Below are positions 16,430 to 25,644 of a stretch of DNA of 25,644 bases, piece by piece. Made by a program: the position numbers and the translations under genes. The notes beneath the pieces were generated by a model that saw only the letters and a program-made list of their open reading frames with translations, was not told the origin of the DNA and searched no databases. The stretch is from a virus. Its lineage: Duplodnaviria; Caudoviricetes. Every line of letters begins with the position of its first letter. The stretch's first letter is position 1. The stretch spans positions 1 through 25,644 of IMG/VR virus record IMGVR_UViG_3300037047_000281. One strand, given 5' to 3'.

Positions 16430-16759
16430 ATGTCATTCAAGATTGCCATTGGCAACATTGTTCAAGTGCCCCTCAAGTTCACCCTGCGCGACGGGTCGGT
16501 GGACAAGCTGTTTGCCTTCAGCCTGACCGCCATGCGCCGCACGCCCGAAGAGATCGATGCCGATACTGAGAAGACCTTGAAGGATTTTCTGCTCGACAAC
16601 ATCACCGACTGGTGCGGCCAGACCCTGGTGCTGCAGGACAACAACGAGCCGGCACCTTTCAGCCGCGAGGCGTTTGACTTCATGCTCAAGCAGCCCGGCA
16701 TGGTTGGCTGCGTGTGGCGCTCCTACCAGCACGAGTGCGGCAGTAAAGAAAAAAACTAG
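16430..16759 (+). CDS. tail assembly chaperone (lambda gpG-like)
   Basis: Between tube and tape measure genes; ends KEKN-stop over the slippery A AAA AAC. Confidence 0.85.
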   Translation: MSFKIAIGNIVQVPLKFTLRDGSVDKLFAFSLTAMRRTPEEIDADTEKTLKDFLLDNITDWCGQTLVLQDNNEPAPFSREAFDFMLKQPGMVGCVWRSYQHECGSKEKN

Positions 16760-17136
16760 CGCAGGCCACCCGCCTATGGGCCAGCGGCCAGCTTGACACT
16801 CGCAACAAGGACGATGATGAAGATGAATACACCAGCGCCCTTGCAGCACTTGGATTGCAGGCCGAACAGGGAGACGCACCGTCCGAGGGCAGCGACACCT
16901 TCTTTCTCTGGCCGGAAAACGTGGGCGTGTGGTCTGTCTGGCACCGCTGCCAAACGCTGTGGCGCGTGGGCGTGTATGGCCGCGACGGCCTTGACTACGC
17001 CGGTCTGTGCGCCTACCTGCGCGAGGTGGAGCGCATCAAGCCGCGCAAATTCCCCCAAGTATTCGCCTGCCTGCAAGCCATGGAGTTTGCCGCGCTGGAC
17101 GAATGGGCCAGGCAGCGTGAGCAACAAAGCAAATAA
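16756..17136 (+). CDS. -1 frameshift extension of the chaperone (gpT-like, DUF1799-like)
   Basis: -1 frame is open from 16756 (LAQATRLWASGQL...) through LWPEN...GLDYAG...LQAMEFAALDEW. Confidence 0.8.
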   Translation, partial: LAQATRLWASGQLDTRNKDDDEDEYTSALAALGLQAEQGDAPSEGSDTFFLWPENVGVWSVWHRCQTLWRVGVYGRDGLDYAGLCAYLREVERIKPRKFPQVFACLQAMEFAALDEWARQREQQSK

Positions 17137-17150
17137 CCCGGGTGCGCACC

Positions 17151-19799
17151 ATGGCCAAGAATGAACTCAACCTGAAACTATCGGTAGAAGGCGGGAAGAT
17201 TGTCATCCAAGAGATCGACGGGGTGAACAAGAGCCTGGGCGGGCTCAACACCGGCGCGCGTAATGCCGCTGGTGGTGCTGATGTGCTCAAGGGTGCGCTG
17301 GGTTCGCTGGCCACCATTGGCACGGCGCTGGCGCTGGTCAAGATGGCTGACAGTGTGACCTCGCTGCGCACTGCGCTTAACTTGGCGTCGGGCAGCGCAG
17401 CGGAGGCTGGTAAGGCCTACGACGCGCTGTTTGACATTGCCCAGCGCGGGCGGGTTAGCTTTACTGAGCTGGGATCAACATATGCGGCTGTAGCCCGCAA
17501 CGGGCGCGAGCTTGGTATTTCTCAAGACCGATTGCTGGCGGTCACCCAGTCCATCAGTCAGGCGATGACCATTGGCGGTGGTAGCGCAAGCTCTATGCAG
17601 GCGGCGCTGGTGCAGTTGGGGCAAGGTTTGTCTAGCGGGGTGCTGCGTGGCGAAGAGCTGAACAGTGTCATGGAGCAAACGCCACGGCTGGCCAAGGCCA
17701 TTGCCGACGGTTTGGGGGTGCCGATCGGCAAGCTGCGTGAGATGGGCCAGGCTGGCGAAATTACCAGCCAGAAACTGATCATGGCCCTGGAAAAAGCAGG
17801 CCCCCAGCTTGCCAAAGAAATGGAGTCTGCCACCTTGACGGTGGGCCAGGCGTTCACCCTGCTGACCAACAGCGCGGTCAAATTTACCGGCGATGCCGAC
17901 ACCGCCACCGGTGCCACCCATAGCCTGGCCAGCGCCATGCAATCACTGTCGGGTGGTATTGATACGGTGGGCAGCACCATCAAAAACAACCAGACGGCAT
18001 TTGCCGTCATCACCGGTGGCCTGGCGGGGGCTGTCACCCTTGCGGGTGTGGCAGCATTGGCCGCCAACATTGGCAAGGTCACCCTGGCTGTTCGTGGTTT
18101 AACGCTGGCCATGGCCGCAAATCCATTTATGGCACTCGGTATCGGCCTGGCTACCGTCGCCGGGGCGGTGTATACCGCTGGAGAGGCTAACAAACACTCT
18201 TTATCCAGCATGAAAGCCACGCTGAAGGAGTTGGAAACCATGGGCACCCGTGGCGGCATGTATGGTACGGCGGCATCGCAGCAAGTGCTTGACAAGCGTG
18301 CTGCAGACATAGTTCGGCTTCGTCAAGAAATATCAGTGATGGAGGCTGCCAGCAGCACCGCCAGCGACTCGTACAACGCCAAAGAAATGGCGCTCCTGAC
18401 GGGCAAAGAAAACGCCTTCAAAAAGCTGGCTGCAGATCGAGCCTCATTCGCCAAAGCAGGCGAAGCCTTTGCCACCAAAGACCAAAAAAACCAAGCCATC
18501 CTGAACGCCGCCATTGAGTCAGCCGGCGAACTTCTGGCCCGTGGCAGCATCACCGCCACCGAATACGCCACCCGCATCAATGCCGTGCAGGCGTCGTTTG
18601 CTGGGGTGAAAAAGGCGGCGGCACAAGGGGTCAGCGAAGCGGCCAAAGGCCTGGCCCTGTACAACGACTTGATGGCCAAAGACAGCGGCCTGGCTGCCAA
18701 CTTTGAAGAGCAATGGGCCAGCCTGAAAAAAGCCAAACTTGGCACTGAGCAGTTTGCCGCTGCGCAGGCCGTGTTGCTCAGCCAGCAGCCTTACATGGTC
18801 AAGGCGGCAGCCGATCAGGCCCGTGCTGACCAGGATGCAGCGCATGCCAAAGAAGAAGACTTCCAGGCCCTGCTCAGGCAAATTGACGTGTACGACAAAG
18901 CCCGTACGGCTGTGCAGGCCTACAAGGCAGCCCAAAGCGCCGAGGTCTCTGGCATGGGCTTGGGCCAAGCTGGGCGTGACAAAGCCGCTGGGGTTTCCCA
19001 GCGCGAAAAGCAGTTTGCCGACCAGCCCGAGTTGCTGGCTCAATCCCTCAAGGACTGGGACGCCCACCTGGCCGCAAAAAGCGCTGCGCAGGCCAGTTGG
19101 CAACTGGGTGCAAAGGACAGCATGGCTGATTACCTGAGCACCGTGGGCAACGTCTACCAGTCCGCCAGCGCGCTGGCGACCAAAGCCTTCAAAGGCATGG
19201 AAGACGCGCTGGTGAGCTTTGTGACCACGGGCAAGCTTGACTTTGCCAGCCTGGCCAGCAGCATCATCAGCGATCTTGTCCGAATCCAGATTCAGCAAAG
19301 CATCACCGGGCCCATGGCTGCGGCCATGAATGGCGGCGGAGGGCTGTTCAGTCTGTTCAGCGCCAACGGCAACACATTTGACGCTGGGGGCGTACAAGCT
19401 TTCGCCAACGGTGGTGCGTTTACAAACCAGGTGGTTAGCCGCCCCACACCGTTCAAATTTGCCAGCGGTGGTGGCTTTAAAGCCGGGCTGATGGGCGAGG
19501 CCGGGCCAGAGGCCATCATGCCGCTCAGGCGTGGGCCGGGCGGTGCGCTTGGGGTACAGGCTTTCTCAGCCGGCCCAGCTCAGGCGGGCACCAGCAACAG
19601 CGTGGTGGTGAACATCATTGAGGCACCAGGCCAAGGCGGCACGCAAAGCCGCCGCACTGAGAACGGCGTGGATATTCTGGACGTGTTTGTGGAAAAAGTG
19701 AAGAGCGCCATTGCGGTCGACATCAGCCGTGGCGCTGGTGCAGTGCCTGCGGCCATGAATCAGACGTATGGTCTGAACCGCGTGGCGGGGGCGTACTGA
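17151..19799 (+). CDS. tail tape measure protein
   Basis: QLGQGLSSGVLRGEELNSVMEQTPRLA tape-measure motif; lambda-like C-terminal MEDALVSFVTTGKLDF; GLMGEAGPEAIMPL. Confidence 0.95.
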   Translation: MAKNELNLKLSVEGGKIVIQEIDGVNKSLGGLNTGARNAAGGADVLKGALGSLATIGTALALVKMADSVTSLRTALNLASGSAAEAGKAYDALFDIAQRGRVSFTELGSTYAAVARNGRELGISQDRLLAVTQSISQAMTIGGGSASSMQAALVQLGQGLSSGVLRGEELNSVMEQTPRLAKAIADGLGVPIGKLREMGQAGEITSQKLIMALEKAGPQLAKEMESATLTVGQAFTLLTNSAVKFTGDADTATGATHSLASAMQSLSGGIDTVGSTIKNNQTAFAVITGGLAGAVTLAGVAALAANIGKVTLAVRGLTLAMAANPFMALGIGLATVAGAVYTAGEANKHSLSSMKATLKELETMGTRGGMYGTAASQQVLDKRAADIVRLRQEISVMEAASSTASDSYNAKEMALLTGKENAFKKLAADRASFAKAGEAFATKDQKNQAILNAAIESAGELLARGSITATEYATRINAVQASFAGVKKAAAQGVSEAAKGLALYNDLMAKDSGLAANFEEQWASLKKAKLGTEQFAAAQAVLLSQQPYMVKAAADQARADQDAAHAKEEDFQALLRQIDVYDKARTAVQAYKAAQSAEVSGMGLGQAGRDKAAGVSQREKQFADQPELLAQSLKDWDAHLAAKSAAQASWQLGAKDSMADYLSTVGNVYQSASALATKAFKGMEDALVSFVTTGKLDFASLASSIISDLVRIQIQQSITGPMAAAMNGGGGLFSLFSANGNTFDAGGVQAFANGGAFTNQVVSRPTPFKFASGGGFKAGLMGEAGPEAIMPLRRGPGGALGVQAFSAGPAQAGTSNSVVVNIIEAPGQGGTQSRRTENGVDILDVFVEKVKSAIAVDISRGAGAVPAAMNQTYGLNRVAGAY

Positions 19800-19800
19800 T

Positions 19801-20160
19801 ATGGCTACCTGGCCCAGCACCCTGCCGCAGCCCACGGCCAACTTTGGCCTGAACCCGCAGGACCAGACGGTGCGCACCGACATGGAAGGTGGCGCCGCCC
19901 GGGTGCGCAGGCGCTCTAGCGCGCGTAATGACCGGGTCACGGTGGCGCTGCGCCTGACGGCGGCGCAGTTTGCCACCCTGCGCGCCTGGTTTGACGACGC
20001 CACCACGGGTATTGCCGGGGGAGCGGCTTGGTTTGCGGTGGATTTGCCGGTGAACGGGGGTGCTGCGGTGACGCTGGATGCGCGCTTTATGGCGCCGTTC
20101 AAGGCCACGCTGCTGAGCGGCTACAACTGGGATGTCAGCGCCGAGTGGGAGCTGCGCTAA
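19801..20160 (+). CDS. distal tail protein (lambda gpM-like)
   Basis: TWPSTLPQP...VRTDMEGGAARVRRR...WF; directly follows the tape measure gene. Confidence 0.75.
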   Translation: MATWPSTLPQPTANFGLNPQDQTVRTDMEGGAARVRRRSSARNDRVTVALRLTAAQFATLRAWFDDATTGIAGGAAWFAVDLPVNGGAAVTLDARFMAPFKATLLSGYNWDVSAEWELR

Positions 20161-20685
20161 ATGCCCGATACCACCCTGAGCCAGGCCCTCAAGGAAGCCT
20201 ATGCCAGCGCCCCGGTGAATGTGGTGATCTACCACACGCTGGAGCTGTGGCACCCGGCGTTTAGCGCGCCGATACGGGTGGTGCGCGACCATGCGGCGCT
20301 GACGGCCACGCTGGAGGCCACGGCACCGCGTGACCCGGGTGCGGCGGTGCTGTTTGCAGCGTTTGCCTTTAACTTTACCAAGCCTGAGGTGTCGCCCAAC
20401 GGGGTGCCGCAGGTAACGATCGAGATTGACAACGTGGACCGGGTGATTGTGGCCAACATTGAAGCGGCCATGGGCACCACGGATCTGGTGCAGGTGATTT
20501 ACCGCGAGTTTTTGAGCAGCGACCTGACGGCGCCGCAGAATGATCCGCCGCTGGTGCTGACGGTGATGAGTGTGACAGCCGATGTGTTCAAGGTGACGGC
20601 AACGGCAGGGTTCCCGGACCTGGCCAACCGGCGCTTTCCGACCCTTGAGTACGATGCGCAGACGTTTGCCGGGTTGGTGCCATGA
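20161..20685 (+). CDS. DUF1833 family tail tip protein
   Basis: LSQALKEAYASAP...YHTLELWHPAF...IEIDNV...NRRFP. Confidence 0.85.
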   Translation: MPDTTLSQALKEAYASAPVNVVIYHTLELWHPAFSAPIRVVRDHAALTATLEATAPRDPGAAVLFAAFAFNFTKPEVSPNGVPQVTIEIDNVDRVIVANIEAAMGTTDLVQVIYREFLSSDLTAPQNDPPLVLTVMSVTADVFKVTATAGFPDLANRRFPTLEYDAQTFAGLVP

Positions 20686-21074
20686 GTAATTTTGCCCAGT
20701 ACATTGGCACGCCGTGGCAGGCGGGGGCGCAGGGGCCGGAGGCGTTTGATTGCATGGCGTTCTTTCGCCACATTCAACGCCGCCATTTTGGGGTGGCGGT
20801 GCCGCAGGTGATTGCACCGGACTACGACGACGCCACCGCGCTGGCAGACCTGATGAGCACACACCCTGAGCGGCAACGCTGGCTGCGCATTGAAAAGCCT
20901 GCGCATGGTTGTGCTGCCATTGTCCACCGGCCCATGCATATTGGGGTGTGGCTGGACGTGGATGGCGGCGGCGTGCTGCACTGCGTGCGGGGTGCGGGCG
21001 TGGTGTTTACCAGTGACAGCGCCTGGCCTGTGAGCGGCTTTGGGCGGCGCGAATTGTTCAGGCACGCGCCATGA
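20682..21074 (+). CDS. NlpC/P60 family tail assembly protein (gpK-like)
   Basis: YIGTPW...FDC, HIGVW and VLHC motifs. Confidence 0.88.
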   Translation: MSNFAQYIGTPWQAGAQGPEAFDCMAFFRHIQRRHFGVAVPQVIAPDYDDATALADLMSTHPERQRWLRIEKPAHGCAAIVHRPMHIGVWLDVDGGGVLHCVRGAGVVFTSDSAWPVSGFGRRELFRHAP

Positions 21075-23692
21075 GCCAGATGCAGGTGTCTTACCTGAAG
21101 CATGCACTGGTGCCGCAGGCCTGCGTGCGCCAGCTGGTGCCGTGTGGGCCGATTGCGGCGCTGGCACCGGCGTGGGATACGCCGTACATTGCTTTTGTGG
21201 ATGGTGCGCCGATGCTGCGGGCAGACTGGGAACTGGTGCTGGAAGACGGGCAAAGCCTCGCGTTCGTGGACGTTCGGGCGCTACCGCAGGGTGGCGGCGG
21301 TGGGGGGTCAGACCCGATGCGCATGATTTTGACGCTGGGGGTGATGTATTTCACGGCAGGTCTTGGCGGCGCCATGTTGGGTATCAACGGTGCTGCTGCC
21401 GTGGGCAGTTTTGGTGTGGGTCTGGCCAACATGGCCGTCACGATGGCCGGTATGGCCCTGGTCAACGCCATTGCGCCGCCACCCAAGCCGACCAGCCCGC
21501 AGCAAGCCGCCGCTCTGGCAGCACCCAGCCCCACCTATAGCTTGCAGGCCCAGGGCAACAGTGCCCGCCTTGAGGCCGCTATCCCTGAGCATTTTGGCCG
21601 CATGCTGGCTTACCCGGACTACGCGGCGCAGCCGTATGCCGAGTACGCGGGCAATGAGCAGTTTTTGTACACCCTGCTGTGTATTGGCCGGGGCGAATAT
21701 GAGATTGAGCAGATTCGCATCGAGGACACGCCGATTGCCAACTTTGAAGAGATTACCTATGAGGTCATTGCACCTGGCGGGGCCTTGAGTTTGTTTCCGG
21801 CCAATGTGATCAGTAGCGTTGAAATTGGCGGGCAAGATATTACGGCGACAGAGTTGGGGCCGTTTGTGGCGGCAGCGGCAGATACGCAAGCCAATTACCT
21901 GGGTATTGATTATGTGTACCCCCGGGGCATCTACCATGTGAATGGCAGCACGGGCGCGCTGGAGACGGTCAGTATTACCGTACGGGCGCAGGCGCAGGCG
22001 ATCAACGCCGTGGGCACGGCTATAGGTGCGTGGTTTGACCTGGGTACCGAGGTGGTGAGTGCGGCCACCACCACCCCGCAGCGCAAGAGCTTTCGCTACG
22101 CAGTGACGCCCGGGCGCTACCAGGTGAAGGTGGTGCGCATCGACACCAAGCAAACGGACAGCAGCTATGGCCACGATGTGGTGTGGGGTGGCCTGCGCTC
22201 GTACTTGCAGGACAGCCGCACGTTTGGTGACACCACCTTGCTGGCGGTGCGCATGCGTGCCAGTAGCAACCTGAGCCAGCAGGCCAGCCGCAAGATCAAT
22301 GTGATTGCCACACGCAAGGTACCGGTCTACAGCGGCAGCACCTGGAGCGCCAACACCGCTACCCGCAGCCCGGCCTGGGCGCTGGCTTACGCGGCCAAGC
22401 AAGTCGGCCTGGCTGACACGCAGATCGACCTGGCGGCGCTGTTGGCGCTGGACGCCACATGGGCGGTGCGCAACGATTATTTCGACGCGCGGTTTGACAA
22501 CTTTTTGAGCTTTTGGGAGGCCGCCAGCAAGATTGCCGGTGCGGGCCGGGCCAAGGTGTACATGCAGGCCGGTGTGCTGCGCGTGGTGCGCGACCAGGCG
22601 GCCACGGTGCCGGTGGCGCTGTTTGGCATGCGCAACATGGTCAAGGGCAGTTTCAGCGTCAACTACCTGATGCCAACCGCAGACACGGCCGATGCCATCA
22701 ACGTGGGCTATTTTGACAGTACCAACTGGGCGCCGCTGCGGGTGCAGGCCAAGTTACCGGGCAGTACGGCGGCCAAGCCCGCCCGGATCGACCTGTTTGG
22801 GGTGACCGGGCGTGACCATGCTTTCCGCGAGGGCATGTACCAGGCAGCGGCCAACCGCTATCGGCGCAAGATCATCAAGTTCACCACCGAGATGGAAGGG
22901 TTCATCCCCAGCTTTGGCGACCTGGTGGCGTTGCAGCACGATATGCCCGCCTGGGGACAGGGCGGGGAGGTGTTGGCGTTTAACTCGGGCACCCGCACGC
23001 TCACCTTGTCTGAGCCGCCCCAGTGGGGCGCGGGCACGCATTACATTGGCTTGCGCCGGCGTGACGGCAGTATGGAGGGGCCGTTTGTGGTCACGGCGGG
23101 CACCACGGCAAATGAGGTGGTGCTGGGCAGCGCGCCCACCTTTGCCATTTACACCGGCGGTGCCGAAGAACGCACGCATTACAGCTTTGGCTGGGCCGAT
23201 ACCTGGCGTCAATTGGCACGGGTGCTGGCGGTGCGCCCGCGTGGGCTGCACCTGGTAGAGCTGGAGTGCGTGAACGAAGACGATAACGTGCACTCGGCTG
23301 AGGTGGGTGAGATAACCCCCACGCGCCAAACCAGCCAGTTGGCGGGCTACACCAATGCGCCGGTGGTGAGTGGCTTGTCTGCCAGGTCAATGCCCGCAGC
23401 GCCCGAGCGCATGCTGCTGACGTGGCAGCCCAGTGCGTGGGCTGACTACTACCTGGTCGAGCAAAGCAGCGACGGTATTGAGTGGACGCGCACGGGCGAG
23501 ACCAGCACCAGCAACTTTACGGCGACCGCGCTTTACGGCTCAGCCACCATTGTGCGGGTGGCGGCGGTGGGCATTGCCAAGGGACCATGGGCGCAGGTTT
23601 ATTACGGGCTGGCGGCGGACTACATGTGGGGCGCGGTGGACACGGCCCTGATGTGGAACGCCAGCACGACAAATTTGATGTGGAGATATTGA
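21071..23692 (+). CDS. central tail tip/host-specificity protein (TipJ family)
   Basis: SPTYSLQAQGNSARL..IPEHFGR, GRYQVKVVR, TRSPAWAL; 873 aa; FnIII-like C-terminus. Confidence 0.88.
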   Translation: MSQMQVSYLKHALVPQACVRQLVPCGPIAALAPAWDTPYIAFVDGAPMLRADWELVLEDGQSLAFVDVRALPQGGGGGGSDPMRMILTLGVMYFTAGLGGAMLGINGAAAVGSFGVGLANMAVTMAGMALVNAIAPPPKPTSPQQAAALAAPSPTYSLQAQGNSARLEAAIPEHFGRMLAYPDYAAQPYAEYAGNEQFLYTLLCIGRGEYEIEQIRIEDTPIANFEEITYEVIAPGGALSLFPANVISSVEIGGQDITATELGPFVAAAADTQANYLGIDYVYPRGIYHVNGSTGALETVSITVRAQAQAINAVGTAIGAWFDLGTEVVSAATTTPQRKSFRYAVTPGRYQVKVVRIDTKQTDSSYGHDVVWGGLRSYLQDSRTFGDTTLLAVRMRASSNLSQQASRKINVIATRKVPVYSGSTWSANTATRSPAWALAYAAKQVGLADTQIDLAALLALDATWAVRNDYFDARFDNFLSFWEAASKIAGAGRAKVYMQAGVLRVVRDQAATVPVALFGMRNMVKGSFSVNYLMPTADTADAINVGYFDSTNWAPLRVQAKLPGSTAAKPARIDLFGVTGRDHAFREGMYQAAANRYRRKIIKFTTEMEGFIPSFGDLVALQHDMPAWGQGGEVLAFNSGTRTLTLSEPPQWGAGTHYIGLRRRDGSMEGPFVVTAGTTANEVVLGSAPTFAIYTGGAEERTHYSFGWADTWRQLARVLAVRPRGLHLVELECVNEDDNVHSAEVGEITPTRQTSQLAGYTNAPVVSGLSARSMPAAPERMLLTWQPSAWADYYLVEQSSDGIEWTRTGETSTSNFTATALYGSATIVRVAAVGIAKGPWAQVYYGLAADYMWGAVDTALMWNASTTNLMWRY

Positions 23693-23693
23693 T

Positions 23694-24497
23694 ATGGCAG
23701 CTTTACCACCCAGTGCAGACTTTACCGGCGGCGGCGTAACCGAGGGCGGCTTCAAGACCGCGATGGCCGGGTTGCGGGACTTTTTGAACGGACTGTTCGG
23801 GGCCACGGGCACCGCAGCAGACGCCCGGGTGGCGCTGGGGGTGACCACCGACGTGGCCGAGGCGATCGTGGTGGCTGCGGCTACCACCAACATTGGCTCA
23901 GCGGCGAGCAGCAATGTGCTGGTGACGGGCAATACCACCATCACCAGCTTTGGCACGGCTGCGGCCGGGCTGGTGCGGTTTGTGCGCTTTAGCGGCACGC
24001 CAGTGGTGACCCACAACGCCACCAGTTTGATCTTGCCAGGTAATGTCAGTATCACTGCGGCCGCAGGGGATTGTCTGGCGGCCTGCTCGCTTGGGGGCGG
24101 CAACTGGGTGGTGCGGTTTTACCAGCGGAAAGATGGTGACGTGCTGGTGCCTGTGAGCACAGCCAAGCTGGGCACCGGCACCGCCAACAACACCACATTC
24201 CTTCGCGGCGACAAGACGTGGCAAGTAGTGAGCACGACGCCTACAACGGAACAGGTGCTGGCGGCTAATGTCGGAATGACAAACGGCGTTGTTGGTGCAT
24301 TTCACGTCGCAGGACAGGAATGCAGCGGTCTCGGTGGGGGGGCATTTTCTGTTGGTGGGACGTATGCGTCAACAACTTATCGTTCTCTGCCCGCAGGTAG
24401 CTGGCGATGCCTATCTGCAGCCTGGACGATTATTACCGCAGAAGGTTCGGGACAGCCCCCATATGGGTATGCTTCTCTGTGGCTCCGTGTCGCCTAA
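23694..24497 (+). CDS. tail fibre/receptor-binding protein
   Basis: TTITSFGT...THNATSLILPG module, LGTGTANNTTFLRGDKTW motif, divergent C-terminus with GSWRC. Confidence 0.75.
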   Translation: MAALPPSADFTGGGVTEGGFKTAMAGLRDFLNGLFGATGTAADARVALGVTTDVAEAIVVAAATTNIGSAASSNVLVTGNTTITSFGTAAAGLVRFVRFSGTPVVTHNATSLILPGNVSITAAAGDCLAACSLGGGNWVVRFYQRKDGDVLVPVSTAKLGTGTANNTTFLRGDKTWQVVSTTPTTEQVLAANVGMTNGVVGAFHVAGQECSGLGGGAFSVGGTYASTTYRSLPAGSWRCLSAAWTIITAEGSGQPPYGYASLWLRVA

Positions 24498-24509
24498 AAG
24501 GAAAACAAA

Positions 24510-24965
24510 ATGCAAATGCAATATGCACACACACCAAAATACCTGAACGCTGACGGCACCCTGGTTGACCTTGTGGTCAAGTTTGCCGAGTTTGATACTG
24601 AGCTTCCGTTTGCCGCTTCGCCAACAGACATTGAAGCGCATGGCCGCGAGCTGTTTACCCGCGCGACCGCTGGAGAGTTTGGCGCCATAGCTGCTTACGT
24701 TGCCCCTTCGGCGCTGCCACCGCAGGTACCGCAGTCTGTGACCATGCGCCAGGCCAGGCTTGCATTGCTGGGCGCGGGTCTGCTGGCCGGGGTCGAAGCC
24801 GCCATTGCCGCCCTGCCAGAGCCGCAAAAGAGCGCCGCGTTGATTGAGTGGGAGTATGCGGCGGTGGTGCAGCGCAGCAGCGGCTTGGTGCCAATGATGG
24901 GCACAGAGCTGGGTTTGACCGAGACGCAGCTTGATGACTTGTTTGTGGCTGCGGCAGCGCTATGA
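24510..24965 (+). CDS. tail fibre-associated (chaperone-like) protein
   Basis: PFAASPTDIEAHGRELF...GEFGAI plus VPQSVTMRQARLAL...IEWEYA...LDDLF; AAGGA upstream. Confidence 0.75.
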   Translation: MQMQYAHTPKYLNADGTLVDLVVKFAEFDTELPFAASPTDIEAHGRELFTRATAGEFGAIAAYVAPSALPPQVPQSVTMRQARLALLGAGLLAGVEAAIAALPEPQKSAALIEWEYAAVVQRSSGLVPMMGTELGLTETQLDDLFVAAAAL

Positions 24966-25297
24966 GCCGCATGCTGACCGTCCTCTATACGTTTGACTGC
25001 TTTGTGCTGGCGATGCTGACGCTTGGAAATTGTCGGGTCGGTGAGACCATCAGCTCCGTGGCCTGGGAGCCTGAGACCGACGGCAAACTGCTGGGCTTGG
25101 TGCTGCGCCCGATGATCGACCACTTGTTTTGGTTTGACCGAGACCACTGCCAACAGGCTGAAGTTACGTTTTTGCGGATCACTACCGGATCGGCTCAAAA
25201 AGTGGAGCAGGTGCCGGTAGATGTTTTTCGTTGCGCAATTTCGTTGCGTGGCACGAAATGTTTTTCTGAACCAAATATCGCGCTTATTTCAATATAA
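24962..25297 (+). CDS. conserved phage hypothetical protein
   Basis: ETISSVAW...RPMIDHLFWFDRDHC motif; ATGA overlap; C-terminus runs into the terminal repeats. Confidence 0.65.
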   Translation: MSRMLTVLYTFDCFVLAMLTLGNCRVGETISSVAWEPETDGKLLGLVLRPMIDHLFWFDRDHCQQAEVTFLRITTGSAQKVEQVPVDVFRCAISLRGTKCFSEPNIALISI

Positions 25298-25315
25298 ATA
25301 TCTCAGCGCGCTTTA
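25221..25315. repeat. putative prophage right end (attR) with repeated transposase-binding-like motifs
   Basis: ATGTTTTTC x2 (25221, 25258), TTTCGTTGCG x2 (25226, 25239), AAATATC x2 (25273, 25296); abruptly AT-rich. Confidence 0.55.
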
Positions 25316-25644
25316 GTGTGCCGGTGTTTGTGAACCCCACCTCCGCGCTCAGTCCCCGGCTTCGCTGGCAGGCCAGCCTCACCCCGGCCGGGATGATCAA
25401 GCTCAAGGTGTCCAACGAGGGAAATTTCCATATTCACCTGACTGACCTCAAACTGATGGAGTCGGGCGGTCACCGTCAGATCATCGACAAGAATCGGGTC
25501 CATGCTTATATGCTGCCGGGGAAGTCGCTGGAACTGACGCTCAAGCCTGAATTCGACTGGAAAGGCGAGCGTTTCAGACTGTCCGCTTCTACCGACAGGG
25601 GTGTTGTGGATACCGAACTTGTGCTGGAAGAAGAAAAGCCGTAG
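25309..25644 (+). pseudogene. 3' fragment of a fimbrial/pilus periplasmic chaperone (PapD/CsuC-like), host gene
   Basis: (RF)SVPVFV.P...LRW...LKVSNEGNFHI...YMLPG; in-frame TGA at 25267, so the signal peptide and N-terminal domain are missing. Confidence 0.7.

Larger units (their letters stand above)
1..25315 (+). mobile_element. Mu-like transposable prophage (left end and repressor not in window; right end approx. 25305-25315)
   Basis: Co-oriented DDE transposase, AAA ATPase, GemA, Mor, Mu-type protease I, gpT capsid, gp36-like and tail genes; ends at an AT-rich repeat tract next to a truncated host gene. Confidence 0.95.

Noticed and set aside
23694-25297. Diversity-generating retroelement or invertible G-segment at the fibre locus
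   Set aside because: No reverse transcriptase, invertase, template/variable repeat pair or inverted fibre copy found

Overview
Almost the whole window (1 to ~25310) is a transposable, Mu-like prophage with B3/BcepMu-type early genes and a siphovirus-type non-contractile tail, read nearly entirely on the + strand in a GC-rich genome (probably betaproteobacterial; inference only). Gene order: small DNA-binding regulators, DUF3102-like protein, DDE transposase A, a C4/CI-type antisense-RNA cassette, an antirepressor-like domain fused to the transposition ATPase B, accessory ORFs, GemA, Mor, then directly head protease I, capsid, neck, tail tube, frameshifted tail chaperone, tape measure, tail tip and fibre. 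The right end abuts a 5'-truncated fimbrial chaperone gene, which is probably the host insertion site. The most notable points are (i) a complete P1 C4/P4 CI-like RNA switch wedged between A and B, in front of an Ant-HTH-B fusion, (ii) no lysis, terminase, portal or F/G genes between mor and the protease, (iii) a CGTC-type palindromic repeat present twice, once in frame inside a phage gene, and (iv) an antisense gene overlapping the early operon. All family assignments come from motif recognition by eye, not from database searches.
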